From a virus (lineage: Duplodnaviria > Caudoviricetes), in IMG/VR virus record IMGVR_UViG_3300008448_000122, positions 1 through 52,269 of that record: a DNA stretch of 52,269 nt. The stretch is one strand, 5' to 3'. Below, piece by piece: positions 15,079 to 24,675 of the stretch. The stretch's first letter is position 1. Each line of letters starts with the position of its first letter. A model generated the notes under the pieces. That model ran no database searches, was not told where the DNA came from, and was given only the letters and a program-made list of their open reading frames with translations. Position numbers and translations under genes: made by a program.

Positions 15079-15242
15079 GCAGTAGTTTAACTATAGATGA
15101 ACTACTGTTACAAGCCTACATATTAGTTAACAAGTGTAGTTTTACTTATTCTGACGTTAAAAAGATGACTAAACTCGAAAGAGCTAGTTTTCTTAAGTTT
15201 TACGCAGATGACATAGAACGAATGAATAAGGCGAATAGCTAA
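15060..15242 (+). CDS. -1 frame extension of the gp26-like gene (gp51 / lambda-T-like domain), no suitable start codon of its own
   Basis: Open frame ...FSELSSSLTIDELLLQAYILVNKCSFTYSDVKKMTKLERASFLKFYADDIERMNKANS; slippery A_AAT_TTT_TTT at 15057-15066. Confidence 0.8.
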   Translation, partial: FFFSELSSSLTIDELLLQAYILVNKCSFTYSDVKKMTKLERASFLKFYADDIERMNKANS

Positions 15243-15243
15243 T

Positions 15244-16176
15244 ATGTACATTAATAACATTTCTGTTAACACCCGTCACAATAAACCAACAGTTTCATCA
15301 AGAACTGCTTTATTGGCTTACTTTTATAATGACGGACAGTACAAAGACCCTGAGTCGATCAGCGCAGTCTCAATCTTCAAGTCATCTGATAACTTCTACC
15401 CAAGCTCAGTAATAGGAAGCGATGGTCAGATAAAGAATAGTGCCTCAGGATTAGTCCTGATGAACTTTGCTAACTCTGCCGCTGCGACTGATAACGTAGT
15501 CTTCAATGCTTCCAACTATTCAATTGGAGCTTCTGGAATCTACAGACTCAGAGAGGGAGTTTATGCGGTAGTCTTAGATACTAACGCTGTAAGTGCCATA
15601 TTCAATCTTTCGGGAAACAACCCAATAACTAATAGGGTTGAATTGAATGGCGAGTATCTGGATGTCTGGACTGCCGAACTGAGCCAAGGAACAGACCTAA
15701 CGACTCTTATAAACACATTTGAGTTAGACTACGATAGGTTCTTCTCAACTACCGAGCCGCTAATGTTTAGAGCGGCTACAAGATTAGCTAATAGACAAAT
15801 TGTACTTGGCTCTAAGATTGATCTAAAGTTTACTAATGAGATTACAATAGAGAATACAAATATCGACACTTCAATCCTAAATCTTTTCAAGCAATCATTA
15901 GTGGTAAATCCACAGCTTGAAATCTTGAAGGAGAACGTCGAAAGAAATCTACCAGCTAGAGTAACGGTATCATCTTTCAGCCAGACATCAGCCTTATGTG
16001 ATGTAACCTCAGATAATACCGTTATATTTAATTGGGATACTGAAGCTCTAAAGACTCATCCAAGATTAATAGATGGAACTCTTGGATCTCTGACAGGTGC
16101 GTATTCTGCTAGAATAAAGTTTGATATACTCAATCAGACTTTCTATTCTAACATCTTCTCATTCATATTGAGTTGA
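15244..16176 (+). CDS. Hypothetical beta-rich protein, probably structural (310 aa)
   Basis: Long ORF coupled (TAA-T-ATG) to the frameshift extension. Confidence 0.7.
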   Translation: MYINNISVNTRHNKPTVSSRTALLAYFYNDGQYKDPESISAVSIFKSSDNFYPSSVIGSDGQIKNSASGLVLMNFANSAAATDNVVFNASNYSIGASGIYRLREGVYAVVLDTNAVSAIFNLSGNNPITNRVELNGEYLDVWTAELSQGTDLTTLINTFELDYDRFFSTTEPLMFRAATRLANRQIVLGSKIDLKFTNEITIENTNIDTSILNLFKQSLVVNPQLEILKENVERNLPARVTVSSFSQTSALCDVTSDNTVIFNWDTEALKTHPRLIDGTLGSLTGAYSARIKFDILNQTFYSNIFSFILS

Positions 16177-17113
16177 TTGCAATAGTTAGATCATCAAGTG
16201 GTTCAACACTAAGAGCTATCTTCCTAAGGCTCTCTGAGCCTAATCTAACGTAAAGCTCATTCCAGTCCTTGCCGCCTTCAGGGACAGAGACTCCCACTTC
16301 TCCAATCTTGGCTTTGCGAGCCTCCTGAAGGAATTGCGCTGTGCCTTCTTGACCCGCCTTATCTGAGTCGTAGGCACAAATGAGGGGGCCTCTGTAAAGA
16401 CTTAGTTGCGCCATCTGCTCTCTAGACACATGGCAGCTAAGAGTCGTAGTGGCATTGAATCCACAAGCCTTAAGTGCAAGGCAATCGAACACACCTTCGG
16501 TAACAAACAGGTAGTCGAAAGAGTCGTAGTTGAATGGGTATAGAACCTGAGACATCTTAAGATTCTTGCAGTTCAGGTATTTCGGCCAAGCTTGAGGGCG
16601 CAATCCTCTGGCCTGGAAGTAGAACATCTTCCCTTGACCATTGAAGAATGGGATAATCAGCCTGTCCTTGTAGATCCCTTCTTTGGCAACGTAGAAGTCG
16701 TATTTGCCAAGATTGCGCTCAAGGATGAACTCTGACGCTAGAGCCATCGTATAATCGTCGTAAACGCGCCCTAGATCGACTTTCTCAAAGGACCCTGTGT
16801 CTGGTAGGGTCGTGATTATCTCCTCTTGTACGGGCTCCTGGGGCTCTTGTAGGAAGCTCTCAAACAGGAACTTCTCGTAAGCCTGCTTGTAGGTGATCCC
16901 CTCAAGCTGGGAATAGAGCTTGACGAAGTTACCTCTATTATGAGTCTTGAAGCATCTCCAAAGCCCAGACTCTAAATTTACTGACATATGACGCTTATAG
17001 TCATCGTCTATAAATATAGAGGGAATAATAAGTTCAGTTCCGTCGCCAGATAGTCTATTATTAGCCTTAAACTTATTTAAACAATAAGTCCTAATAAACT
17101 CTGTTCCGATCAT
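16163..17113 (-). CDS. DnaG-type DNA primase
   Basis: DRLIIPF, YFQAR, PKYLN, TOPRIM VTEGVFD and AYDSDKAG, KDWNE; start at 17113 or 17119. Confidence 0.93.
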   Translation of the reverse strand: MIGTEFIRTYCLNKFKANNRLSGDGTELIIPSIFIDDDYKRHMSVNLESGLWRCFKTHNRGNFVKLYSQLEGITYKQAYEKFLFESFLQEPQEPVQEEIITTLPDTGSFEKVDLGRVYDDYTMALASEFILERNLGKYDFYVAKEGIYKDRLIIPFFNGQGKMFYFQARGLRPQAWPKYLNCKNLKMSQVLYPFNYDSFDYLFVTEGVFDCLALKACGFNATTTLSCHVSREQMAQLSLYRGPLICAYDSDKAGQEGTAQFLQEARKAKIGEVGVSVPEGGKDWNELYVRLGSESLRKIALSVEPLDDLTIAINSI

Positions 17114-17936
17114 GTTCATAAATAATATTAGTGCTTCAAGAAGTGATATTATAGACCAGTGCCTCTGGAAATATAATCTCAAATACAATCTGAAGATACC
17201 AGGATTTGGATCTAAGAATGAGGAATCTTTGAACTTCGGATCATTTATACACAAGATCTTTGAACTTGGGTATAAAGATAATGACGCTAAAGCGTTGATG
17301 AAGTTAGCTGAGTCTGAGAGGGGGACCTACAAAGTTCCTTTCGGAATGAATGATCGTATCAAAGTTTGCATTGAAAACTTTATCGTTTGGAACGGCAAAC
17401 TTGGCGAGACGATCTCAACAGAGGGTATGTTTGAGGTTCCCTTAGACAAAGAGCACGATATTAAATATATCGGCATCATCGACCGTGTAGTTAAGGGCAA
17501 GGATGGGGGTTATCTTGTAATTGACTACAAGACCTCAAAGAAAGAGAAGAAGACTAAGGATCTTTTGGATGACAAGCAGCTAATGGGTTATGCTTATGCC
17601 ATCCACGAGAAATACGGGGTAGACTACACAAGTATCTGGTGTGCCCATTACTATCCCGTTACTGGCAACTTCTACCCAGTCAGATTCTCAAAGGCTCAGA
17701 TCTGGAACTGGAGGAAGAAGGAGATTGATAAGGTCTGGAGAATCCGCAAGAAGACTAAGGACGAATTCCCTCCTCAAAAGAACATCTTCTGCGATTACTG
17801 TGAGTTCCAGCCAGTCTGCCCTCATTACAGCACTCAAGAGCAAGTCTGCACGAGGCTGGAGGAACAGGTTAAACTCCGAGACGAACAGAAGAAATTAACG
17901 GAGAACAAGCCAGAAAACAAACCCGCCAATAACTAG
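17112..17936 (+). CDS. PD-(D/E)XK exonuclease, Cas4/RecB-like with four cysteines
   Basis: SAS....QC, G..IH, GIIDRV, IDYKTS, QL..YA, C..C.....C. Confidence 0.92.
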   Translation: MFINNISASRSDIIDQCLWKYNLKYNLKIPGFGSKNEESLNFGSFIHKIFELGYKDNDAKALMKLAESERGTYKVPFGMNDRIKVCIENFIVWNGKLGETISTEGMFEVPLDKEHDIKYIGIIDRVVKGKDGGYLVIDYKTSKKEKKTKDLLDDKQLMGYAYAIHEKYGVDYTSIWCAHYYPVTGNFYPVRFSKAQIWNWRKKEIDKVWRIRKKTKDEFPPQKNIFCDYCEFQPVCPHYSTQEQVCTRLEEQVKLRDEQKKLTENKPENKPANN

Positions 17937-18009
17937 CATTTCAAAAAATCCTGGCCCCTTACTATTAGAGGTAACAATAAACTTTTGAATAAAATCTTGC
18001 TGGTCGAAG

Positions 18010-18318
18010 TTAGACATAATCTTCTAGGTTGATGGATTCGATCTTGCCAAGGATCATAGGGTAGTACAACTCACTGTCAATATCATTTAAAAAATTTATC
18101 ACGATTTCTTGATTAAATCCAGAGTCTATAATTAAGAATTTGCACAAAGAGTTTAACTTTAAAGGCTTTTGTTTCTTTAATGAATCTAAGATTTTTATTT
18201 GAAATAATCGTATTAATCTTTCTCCATATTTCATTTTCCATTTATCTAAGAAATCTATACTCATAGTAAATTCTATAAGTTCCATTAAATCTATTAACTC
18301 TGTATCTATATTATCCAT
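18010..18318 (-). CDS. Hypothetical protein (102 aa)
   Basis: Only sizeable ORF in the gap. Confidence 0.7.
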   Translation of the reverse strand: MDNIDTELIDLMELIEFTMSIDFLDKWKMKYGERLIRLFQIKILDSLKKQKPLKLNSLCKFLIIDSGFNQEIVINFLNDIDSELYYPMILGKIESINLEDYV

Positions 18319-18335
18319 TTATACCTTAAAATAAT

Positions 18336-18348
18336 TAGATAAATATAG
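18336..18348 (+). promoter_or_regulatory. Late promoter-like TAGATAAATATAG
   Basis: Identical 13-mer at 51126-51138; resembles T4 late TATAAATA; heads the tail operon. Confidence 0.65.
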
Positions 18349-18375
18349 ACTGGAGACAGTTAAAAATAGAAAAAA

Positions 18376-18840
18376 ATGTCCTACCCTGCATCAAAAAAAC
18401 TTTCTGACGGTCAGATGGCCTTCCAGACTGAATTTGATGATAACTTAAAAGTAGTAGAAACTGCTGTAGCTGGTGTTATGGCAGGAGATATTGTTAGCTT
18501 TAATTATGCTGGGTCAGAACGAATTGGGCTTGTAGTTAAGTCTAGAAGAACCGATTTCTCTGGATCTTTCAGGTCCACCAGAGGAAATACCTTACTTAAT
18601 GTGTTTCTTCTAGACTCAATAAGTAATTCAGATTGCAGGCTAATAATAAATACTTTGTACAGGAATCGTATTAGGGCTACTTATGTTAACAGTCCTAAAG
18701 TTTTAAGTGCTTTCTTAGGCAAGGAAAACTTTAGGACTTTTAATGCGGCTCTAATAGCAGATATCAGACTTTACCTTATAATTAACAGGGATGAGGTAAA
18801 AGAAGAAGAAGAGAAGATACCCGAAGAGGATGAATTATAA
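18376..18840 (+). CDS. Hypothetical protein (154 aa)
   Basis: ORF with TAATG overlap to the tape measure gene. Confidence 0.7.
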   Translation: MSYPASKKLSDGQMAFQTEFDDNLKVVETAVAGVMAGDIVSFNYAGSERIGLVVKSRRTDFSGSFRSTRGNTLLNVFLLDSISNSDCRLIINTLYRNRIRATYVNSPKVLSAFLGKENFRTFNAALIADIRLYLIINRDEVKEEEEKIPEEDEL

Positions 18841-20870
18841 TGGCAAACAGAGCAGATACAAATAGAGCTTTGGAAAGACTAATCTCCGCTCTTGAAGGAA
18901 ATAGAAAAGCTCAATTAGGTCTCCTTAACCCACTTGAAAGTGTCGCAATGAACTTTATGAATGGGGGTCCATTTGTAAAGGCAGCCAACAGTCTTGTAGA
19001 TTCTTTAGGTTCAGTAGTCAGCCCAACAAATAATTTGATGGGTGCTATGAAAGAATCAGATGAACTGCAAAAGAAGTTGCTTGGATCGAATAGCAATTTG
19101 ACCACCTTCATGGATAAGAATAGTGAAGCACTAGAAGGATTAAGAGGTGGTTTATTTGATAATGCTCAAGAGCTATTTACAAACTTTCAAGATGGATTAA
19201 GATTTAACTCTGATTCCTTGAATGTTCTTCAAAATAGAATGAGACTGACTGGACAATCAACAGATCAGTTAAGAAATACTACCAAAACACTTTTAGGAAT
19301 AACCAATAATGATATTGACGCAGTAGGAAGATTATCCAAGACAAATATGGATCTTGGAAGAACCTACATGGTCACTAATGATAAACTATTAGAGGCTTTA
19401 GATAGAAATACTGAAGTTCTTGATTTTGCTTCCTTATTTGATGAGGGTGAGCAAACATCAGATGCGATAATGAAGCTAACTGCTCAACTTACTGATAAGG
19501 GCGTAAATGTTCAAAAGCAACAAACTATAATAAAGTTTCTAGCTGATCAAAGCATTGAGACGATGCAGATGAGACAGAAGCTTGGCATATCTGTTGACAT
19601 TTTTGATCAGATAGCGAAGGGACAAGTTTCATTAGAAGATGTTTTAGGTAGCATAAACAGCTACTCAAAACAAAATTTAATAAGCAATAACAAAACAGCA
19701 AGTGATATAGCCTTAAAAGGATTAGGTGATGGCATAAAAGAAGTAGTCATTGCATCTAACCAAGTTGGTAATGCTTTAGGTAGATCGACTGATGATGTTA
19801 AAAAATACAGAAGTAAGGAAGATCAGTTTTATGATACATTTGAGACTTCACAAAAAGAAGCTAAAGAGTTTTATGATAAAACAGTAACAGACTTTTATGA
19901 TGTGATGAAGCCAACCCCAGAAATACTAAAAGCAATTCAAATAGGTATGCTTGGTTCTCTGGCTGGGGGTTTAATAAAAGGTAGTGTTCAAGGTATTCAA
20001 GGAATTATTGCAAATCTCTCAGTAAAATTTAAACCATTAGATAATTTAAAGAACATAGGAATTTTAAGTCCTGCGGCACTTGCAAATCAAGCAGCTAATC
20101 AAACATCCAAATCAATGTTAGGTGGAATGGTTAGATTCCTTCCTGGCTTATTAGGCCAAGGGTTAAAATTCCTTGGACCTATTGGATTTGTCTTAGGCAC
20201 TGCTTTACCGTTAATAACTGATCTCTTTTCTTCAAACAAAGAGAAAGAAGTTGATTTAAATGAAGCTACTAATGATTTAAATAAATCAGTAGCAGAATTA
20301 AATAACAATGCTAATTATTTAAAAAATATAACTTCAGCAGATAAAGGAGTTAATATTGAAAGACAGGCAATGATTGACAATCAAAAGCAGCAGATTGAGA
20401 AAATAAATAAGTTTGTTCAATCATTACAAGACGATGGTTCTGATGAAAAATTAGTAGCTTCAATAAAAGCTGATGCAGCAAAGCATATAGCAAAATTGAA
20501 TGCAATCGCTGAACAAGGTAGAAAATCTAATTTAAGCCAAAAGCAATTAGAAGATCTTAACAAGCAAGCGATGGAATCATCTAATCAGTTTAGTAAGAGT
20601 ATACAAGAAAATACTCAGATTACTGCTGAGAAGACTGCTATCATTGCAAAACCAATTGAAAAAGAGAATGAGAAGGATAAACCAGAAAAGCTAAGAACCA
20701 GCTTGGATGATATGTTAGCTCAATCTGTTGGTAGAGCTTTATCAATATCTTTACCAAAGAGTGATGGTAAGACTGAAGAGTTATTAAAAGAACTGAAAGA
20801 AGCCAATAGAGTTAGACTTCAGGTGTTAGAAGAGACAAGAAAGAGTTCTAGAGGATATATGGGTAACTAA
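18840..20870 (+). CDS. Tape measure protein (probable)
   Basis: Helical composition, GG..RFLPG.LG.G.KFLGPIG hydrophobic patch, position before tube-initiator/gp53/hub genes. Confidence 0.78.
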   Translation: MANRADTNRALERLISALEGNRKAQLGLLNPLESVAMNFMNGGPFVKAANSLVDSLGSVVSPTNNLMGAMKESDELQKKLLGSNSNLTTFMDKNSEALEGLRGGLFDNAQELFTNFQDGLRFNSDSLNVLQNRMRLTGQSTDQLRNTTKTLLGITNNDIDAVGRLSKTNMDLGRTYMVTNDKLLEALDRNTEVLDFASLFDEGEQTSDAIMKLTAQLTDKGVNVQKQQTIIKFLADQSIETMQMRQKLGISVDIFDQIAKGQVSLEDVLGSINSYSKQNLISNNKTASDIALKGLGDGIKEVVIASNQVGNALGRSTDDVKKYRSKEDQFYDTFETSQKEAKEFYDKTVTDFYDVMKPTPEILKAIQIGMLGSLAGGLIKGSVQGIQGIIANLSVKFKPLDNLKNIGILSPAALANQAANQTSKSMLGGMVRFLPGLLGQGLKFLGPIGFVLGTALPLITDLFSSNKEKEVDLNEATNDLNKSVAELNNNANYLKNITSADKGVNIERQAMIDNQKQQIEKINKFVQSLQDDGSDEKLVASIKADAAKHIAKLNAIAEQGRKSNLSQKQLEDLNKQAMESSNQFSKSIQENTQITAEKTAIIAKPIEKENEKDKPEKLRTSLDDMLAQSVGRALSISLPKSDGKTEELLKELKEANRVRLQVLEETRKSSRGYMGN

Positions 20871-20872
20871 AA

Positions 20873-21877
20873 ATGTATCAAATATTTAATAACAGACAAT
20901 TACACGAAAGATCTAATCTTACATTTGAGTTTCCGGGCCCAAATGGTCAAATACAAAGAGCATTCATACCATTCCTAGAGAACTGCGATATCAGTGAATC
21001 TCAAAAATCTAACTTAGCTGAGTATTCATTACTAGCTAGAAGTGGAAGTATATTTTCATACCTTGGAGCTAAATCTAGATCATTTAATCTAACATTTAAA
21101 ATAACATTCCAACACGTTGTAGATACTTTAGGAGTTGAAGGCATCAATCAAAGATTCAAACAGATTTTTACTGTTAATGCACAAGAGAACCCCAGAAGTT
21201 TATTCTTCCCAAACTCAAGTATTAAGAGTAGTGGTTTTGAAAATGCTTACTATGTCAATCACGCTAAGACTCACAGAAATTTTTATAAATCATTAAATGG
21301 AACTTCTAATGCAAAACAAAAATTTGTTAATAGTTCTATAAATGTTATTAACAATGTTACTAACCAAGTTATTGATTTTAAAAACACAATAGTAGACTAC
21401 CCTCAATTGAATACTGTAGAGGATCAAAACTCCATAGCAGAGCAGGATAAAGTAATAAACATAATTCTATATTGGATTAACCTAGTTAGATCATCAGTTA
21501 AAAACAATTCAAGAAATACAATTTATGGTTGTCCAATTATAAGAATAACTCATGGCCCGATGTACAATAATGTTCCATGTGTAACTGATTCTTATTCAAT
21601 TAAGATTGTTCAAGAAGCTGGTTATGAAGTAGAGAATCTTTTGCCAAAGCAGTTAGAAATCTCTATGTCTCTAATGGAGCAAAGAGTTGGAGATTTTGGA
21701 GAGTTTAGATCCACCGATGTAGTTAGAGGGGATAATAACACTGGCTGGGAATCATTCATAGAAGAGAATAATATGGACCCATACAATGGTATTATTATGC
21801 CACAAAGAAATCCAATAACTGGAAAGGATGCTCCAAGAGGTGGTTCGTATGGAGTTGATTTAAGACAATTCCTATAA
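20873..21877 (+). CDS. Baseplate tail-tube initiator-like protein (gp48/gp54 type)
   Basis: R....FSY.G..SR.F.L.F and P.IRI..G.MY..VPCV....SI...LPK..EISMSL pattern. Confidence 0.72.
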   Translation: MYQIFNNRQLHERSNLTFEFPGPNGQIQRAFIPFLENCDISESQKSNLAEYSLLARSGSIFSYLGAKSRSFNLTFKITFQHVVDTLGVEGINQRFKQIFTVNAQENPRSLFFPNSSIKSSGFENAYYVNHAKTHRNFYKSLNGTSNAKQKFVNSSINVINNVTNQVIDFKNTIVDYPQLNTVEDQNSIAEQDKVINIILYWINLVRSSVKNNSRNTIYGCPIIRITHGPMYNNVPCVTDSYSIKIVQEAGYEVENLLPKQLEISMSLMEQRVGDFGEFRSTDVVRGDNNTGWESFIEENNMDPYNGIIMPQRNPITGKDAPRGGSYGVDLRQFL

Positions 21878-21885
21878 GGTGAAAT

Positions 21886-22179
21886 ATGAATTATTTTAAT
21901 CATTTAAAGATTGGTTCGAATCAATACACTCACAAGAATAAAAAAGTAGTTTCATCAATTAATTCATTTGAGATAGAGACATACTTAAATAACTTAGAGA
22001 ATTTTGAATATGATATAGGAGTTGTTCCTGCTGGATTTGAGCATAGAGCAGATTTAATATCTGATGTATTTTACAACACTCCTACATTAGATTGGTTGAT
22101 TTGTTGGGCCAATAATGTGGATGATCCATTCCAGAAGTTGAATGCTGGCGATGAATTAAAAATACCTAAATTAATATAA
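21886..22179 (+). CDS. gp53: Baseplate wedge protein, T4 gp53 / LysM-like
   Basis: RADLIS..FY.TP.L.WLI..AN...DPF..L..G..LKIP. Confidence 0.88.
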   Translation: MNYFNHLKIGSNQYTHKNKKVVSSINSFEIETYLNNLENFEYDIGVVPAGFEHRADLISDVFYNTPTLDWLICWANNVDDPFQKLNAGDELKIPKLI

Positions 22180-24674
22180 TGAATAACTCTTTGCCAGGAA
22201 ACTTGTTTTTAACAACCTCTACAGAAGCTATAGAGTTGTTTTTAAACTTATCTGATTACAAAATAAAGTTATCTGATTTCTCTAATAGATTGACTGAAGA
22301 TCAGTTAAGAAGATCAGTTATTTGTTCGCCTTCATACAATTCAAATCTAATAGATTTTGAAATGAATTGGAATAAGGATCGACAAGGCTACACCAGTATT
22401 TTTAGATTTGTTGAGACTGGAAGTGTTTTTGAGTCACAGTTTATAGCCAAAGATTTAGTATCAGAGAGGGTGGCAGAGTTATTAACACAATCAAAAATAT
22501 CTAGGGAGAATAGAGTTGATTTAGAAGGCGACGTTGGTGAGTTAATTGAAAATCCAGTTAACTCTAGAGAACTATATTTTACTTTTGGTGTTGGGGAAGA
22601 TCTTTCAAATTGGGCTGGACCTTTCGTTGGAGTTTTAACAAATTCTGAAGTTACTTTTACTGAAAATGGGACAAGAGAAATTGTTCTTACTTTCCTTAAT
22701 AATGAAGGTAAATTTTTAAGAAATGAAGTTGAGGGTCCTAATGCAAATAGATTGTATTCAGTATTAAATAAATACGAAAGCATTTATAAAAATAGAAAAA
22801 TTAATTTACAAGTTACAGATACAATATTTTTAAGTGATTTAAAAAATGAAAATATTCACATAAAACTTAAAGAAATGTTAGTTGACTACATTGAAAGATG
22901 CGTAAGTTATCCAAGCGGTAATACAAACATAGTAGTCATCCTTCCAGACTTGGAGAAATTGTGTAAACAGTATTTTGAAAAATTTAGTGATCTGGAAAAG
23001 AATGGTGATTATGAAATGTTTTTTAGAAAATTAGGATTTAATTGTACTAAAAAATTTATTACCCCAGAGCAGGAAATTAAAATTAAGAAACAAATGAATG
23101 ATATAGAGAAACTAAAAAAACAATTAAAGCAAACAGAAGAATCTTTAAAAGTATTAGAAAACTCTAATCCTTCTTTTGGTCCAATAGGAGAGCCAGGAGA
23201 GAGGGCTGCCCGTGCTAGTGAAAATTTTGCAAGATCAAATTCTATAAAATATAACGAGGAAAACAAAAAGATATATCAAAGAAATTTAGACGTAATCCAA
23301 CAAGAGTACAAAGAAGAAATAAAGAAAGTAATATTAGAAGTAACTCTTAAGTTAGATGATGGCGAAAAATCAAGTGAATCAGAAAACACTCCAGATTATT
23401 ATGTTCCATTACAAACATTCAATAATAATTTAAATGAGATGTATAAGGAACTTGAATATAATTACGACGGAGTATTTTTAACAGAAAATGATCTTCGTGT
23501 AATATCTTTATGGAATAAAGAGATATTTAAGAACTTACCTTTAGATGATAAAAAAACTGTTTTCATATTTGGAGACAGAAATTTAATAGAAGACTTTTTG
23601 TATGTTTCAAAAGCTGTTTCATTTAATAAAGCAGCAGATTTTGTTATCAGCAAAGAATATGTTTCAAAGTATGATAAAGTTTATTACATAGATGGTAAAA
23701 AACTTTTTAGAGAGAAAATGTTTTTATTGAAGAGAAAAGATGTTGCAACTAACTCTTTTGATTACAACAAAAAAAATAATAGTGAGTTTGCTTTAGACGA
23801 TGATTCATTCTTTGATGACGTAACTAAAGAAATGATAAAGCTTATAGATTGTCCAATATTTAGACATAATATATCAAACCCAAATGTTCTATCTATATCA
23901 ATTCAAGGGCTACCAAGCTTTGTTGATGTTTATAATGTCTTTTACAATAGGAAGAGTTTAATACCATTTATTACTGATGCAGGCAGAATAGAAGAGTATA
24001 ATCCTATGGATACTGCTGGGCAGAACAGTGCGTTTTATGAACCACTTATGAAGCAAGGGTCAACAACTTTTCGAGGAAAATCTCTTTATCAAATTGTTAA
24101 AGATCAACTTGAGAAAGATAATAAGAAAAGCCCAGACATTAACAAAATATTTAGTATAATAGTGAGTCAAGGAAGTGAAACTGGCAATACTAGAGTTAAA
24201 AGAGCTATAGCTAATACTTCTGGAGTCGCTGCTGTAACTGGCTCAAATGGAGATACTAAGTTAATTCAAGTTGATCTTTCTGATAACAAACTAGCTGCAA
24301 TCTACACTATTCAAATATATAAGAAGTTGCTTCAAGAAGGTGCAGTGAATAAACCGATTGGTCCAACCTTAGAGTTCTTAAAACAACAAGAGTTAGCTTC
24401 TTTTGAAAGAGACTTATTCAACTTTTTATGTAATAAAGTTCAAAATGTTGTTATTAAAACTTTACCATGGTTTAGTATAAATGGATTCCCAGGGGATATG
24501 TCATGTATTTTACTAGGACTCCAAAATATAGCTGGCGATTTAAAAACTAAACAAAAAGCTTTGTATACTGGTGTATATTTTATAAAAGGTTATAAACACG
24601 TTATATCGCCAACAGAAATGTACTCGGAGTTTTCTTTAGGTAGAAAATCAAACGATCTGATAATAAAGGAATAA
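22179..24674 (+). CDS. Baseplate hub protein (gp27 / P2 gpD-like), enlarged
   Basis: Position between gp53 and spike; C-terminal YTGVYFIKGYKHVIS...YSEFSL.R. Confidence 0.72.
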   Translation: MNNSLPGNLFLTTSTEAIELFLNLSDYKIKLSDFSNRLTEDQLRRSVICSPSYNSNLIDFEMNWNKDRQGYTSIFRFVETGSVFESQFIAKDLVSERVAELLTQSKISRENRVDLEGDVGELIENPVNSRELYFTFGVGEDLSNWAGPFVGVLTNSEVTFTENGTREIVLTFLNNEGKFLRNEVEGPNANRLYSVLNKYESIYKNRKINLQVTDTIFLSDLKNENIHIKLKEMLVDYIERCVSYPSGNTNIVVILPDLEKLCKQYFEKFSDLEKNGDYEMFFRKLGFNCTKKFITPEQEIKIKKQMNDIEKLKKQLKQTEESLKVLENSNPSFGPIGEPGERAARASENFARSNSIKYNEENKKIYQRNLDVIQQEYKEEIKKVILEVTLKLDDGEKSSESENTPDYYVPLQTFNNNLNEMYKELEYNYDGVFLTENDLRVISLWNKEIFKNLPLDDKKTVFIFGDRNLIEDFLYVSKAVSFNKAADFVISKEYVSKYDKVYYIDGKKLFREKMFLLKRKDVATNSFDYNKKNNSEFALDDDSFFDDVTKEMIKLIDCPIFRHNISNPNVLSISIQGLPSFVDVYNVFYNRKSLIPFITDAGRIEEYNPMDTAGQNSAFYEPLMKQGSTTFRGKSLYQIVKDQLEKDNKKSPDINKIFSIIVSQGSETGNTRVKRAIANTSGVAAVTGSNGDTKLIQVDLSDNKLAAIYTIQIYKKLLQEGAVNKPIGPTLEFLKQQELASFERDLFNFLCNKVQNVVIKTLPWFSINGFPGDMSCILLGLQNIAGDLKTKQKALYTGVYFIKGYKHVISPTEMYSEFSLGRKSNDLIIKE

Positions 24675-24675
24675 A

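Noticed and set aside
17120-17254. N-terminal extension of the primase ORF to 17254
   Set aside because: Overlaps the conserved start of the nuclease on the other strand.
17937-18009. tRNA or structured RNA in the convergent gap
   Set aside because: No cloverleaf or T-loop motif; only a weak tcaaaa/ttttga pairing.
18376-18840. DNA end protector (T4 gp2-like) call
   Set aside because: Only a vague FRTF resemblance and position; the characteristic GLNLHY-type motif is absent.
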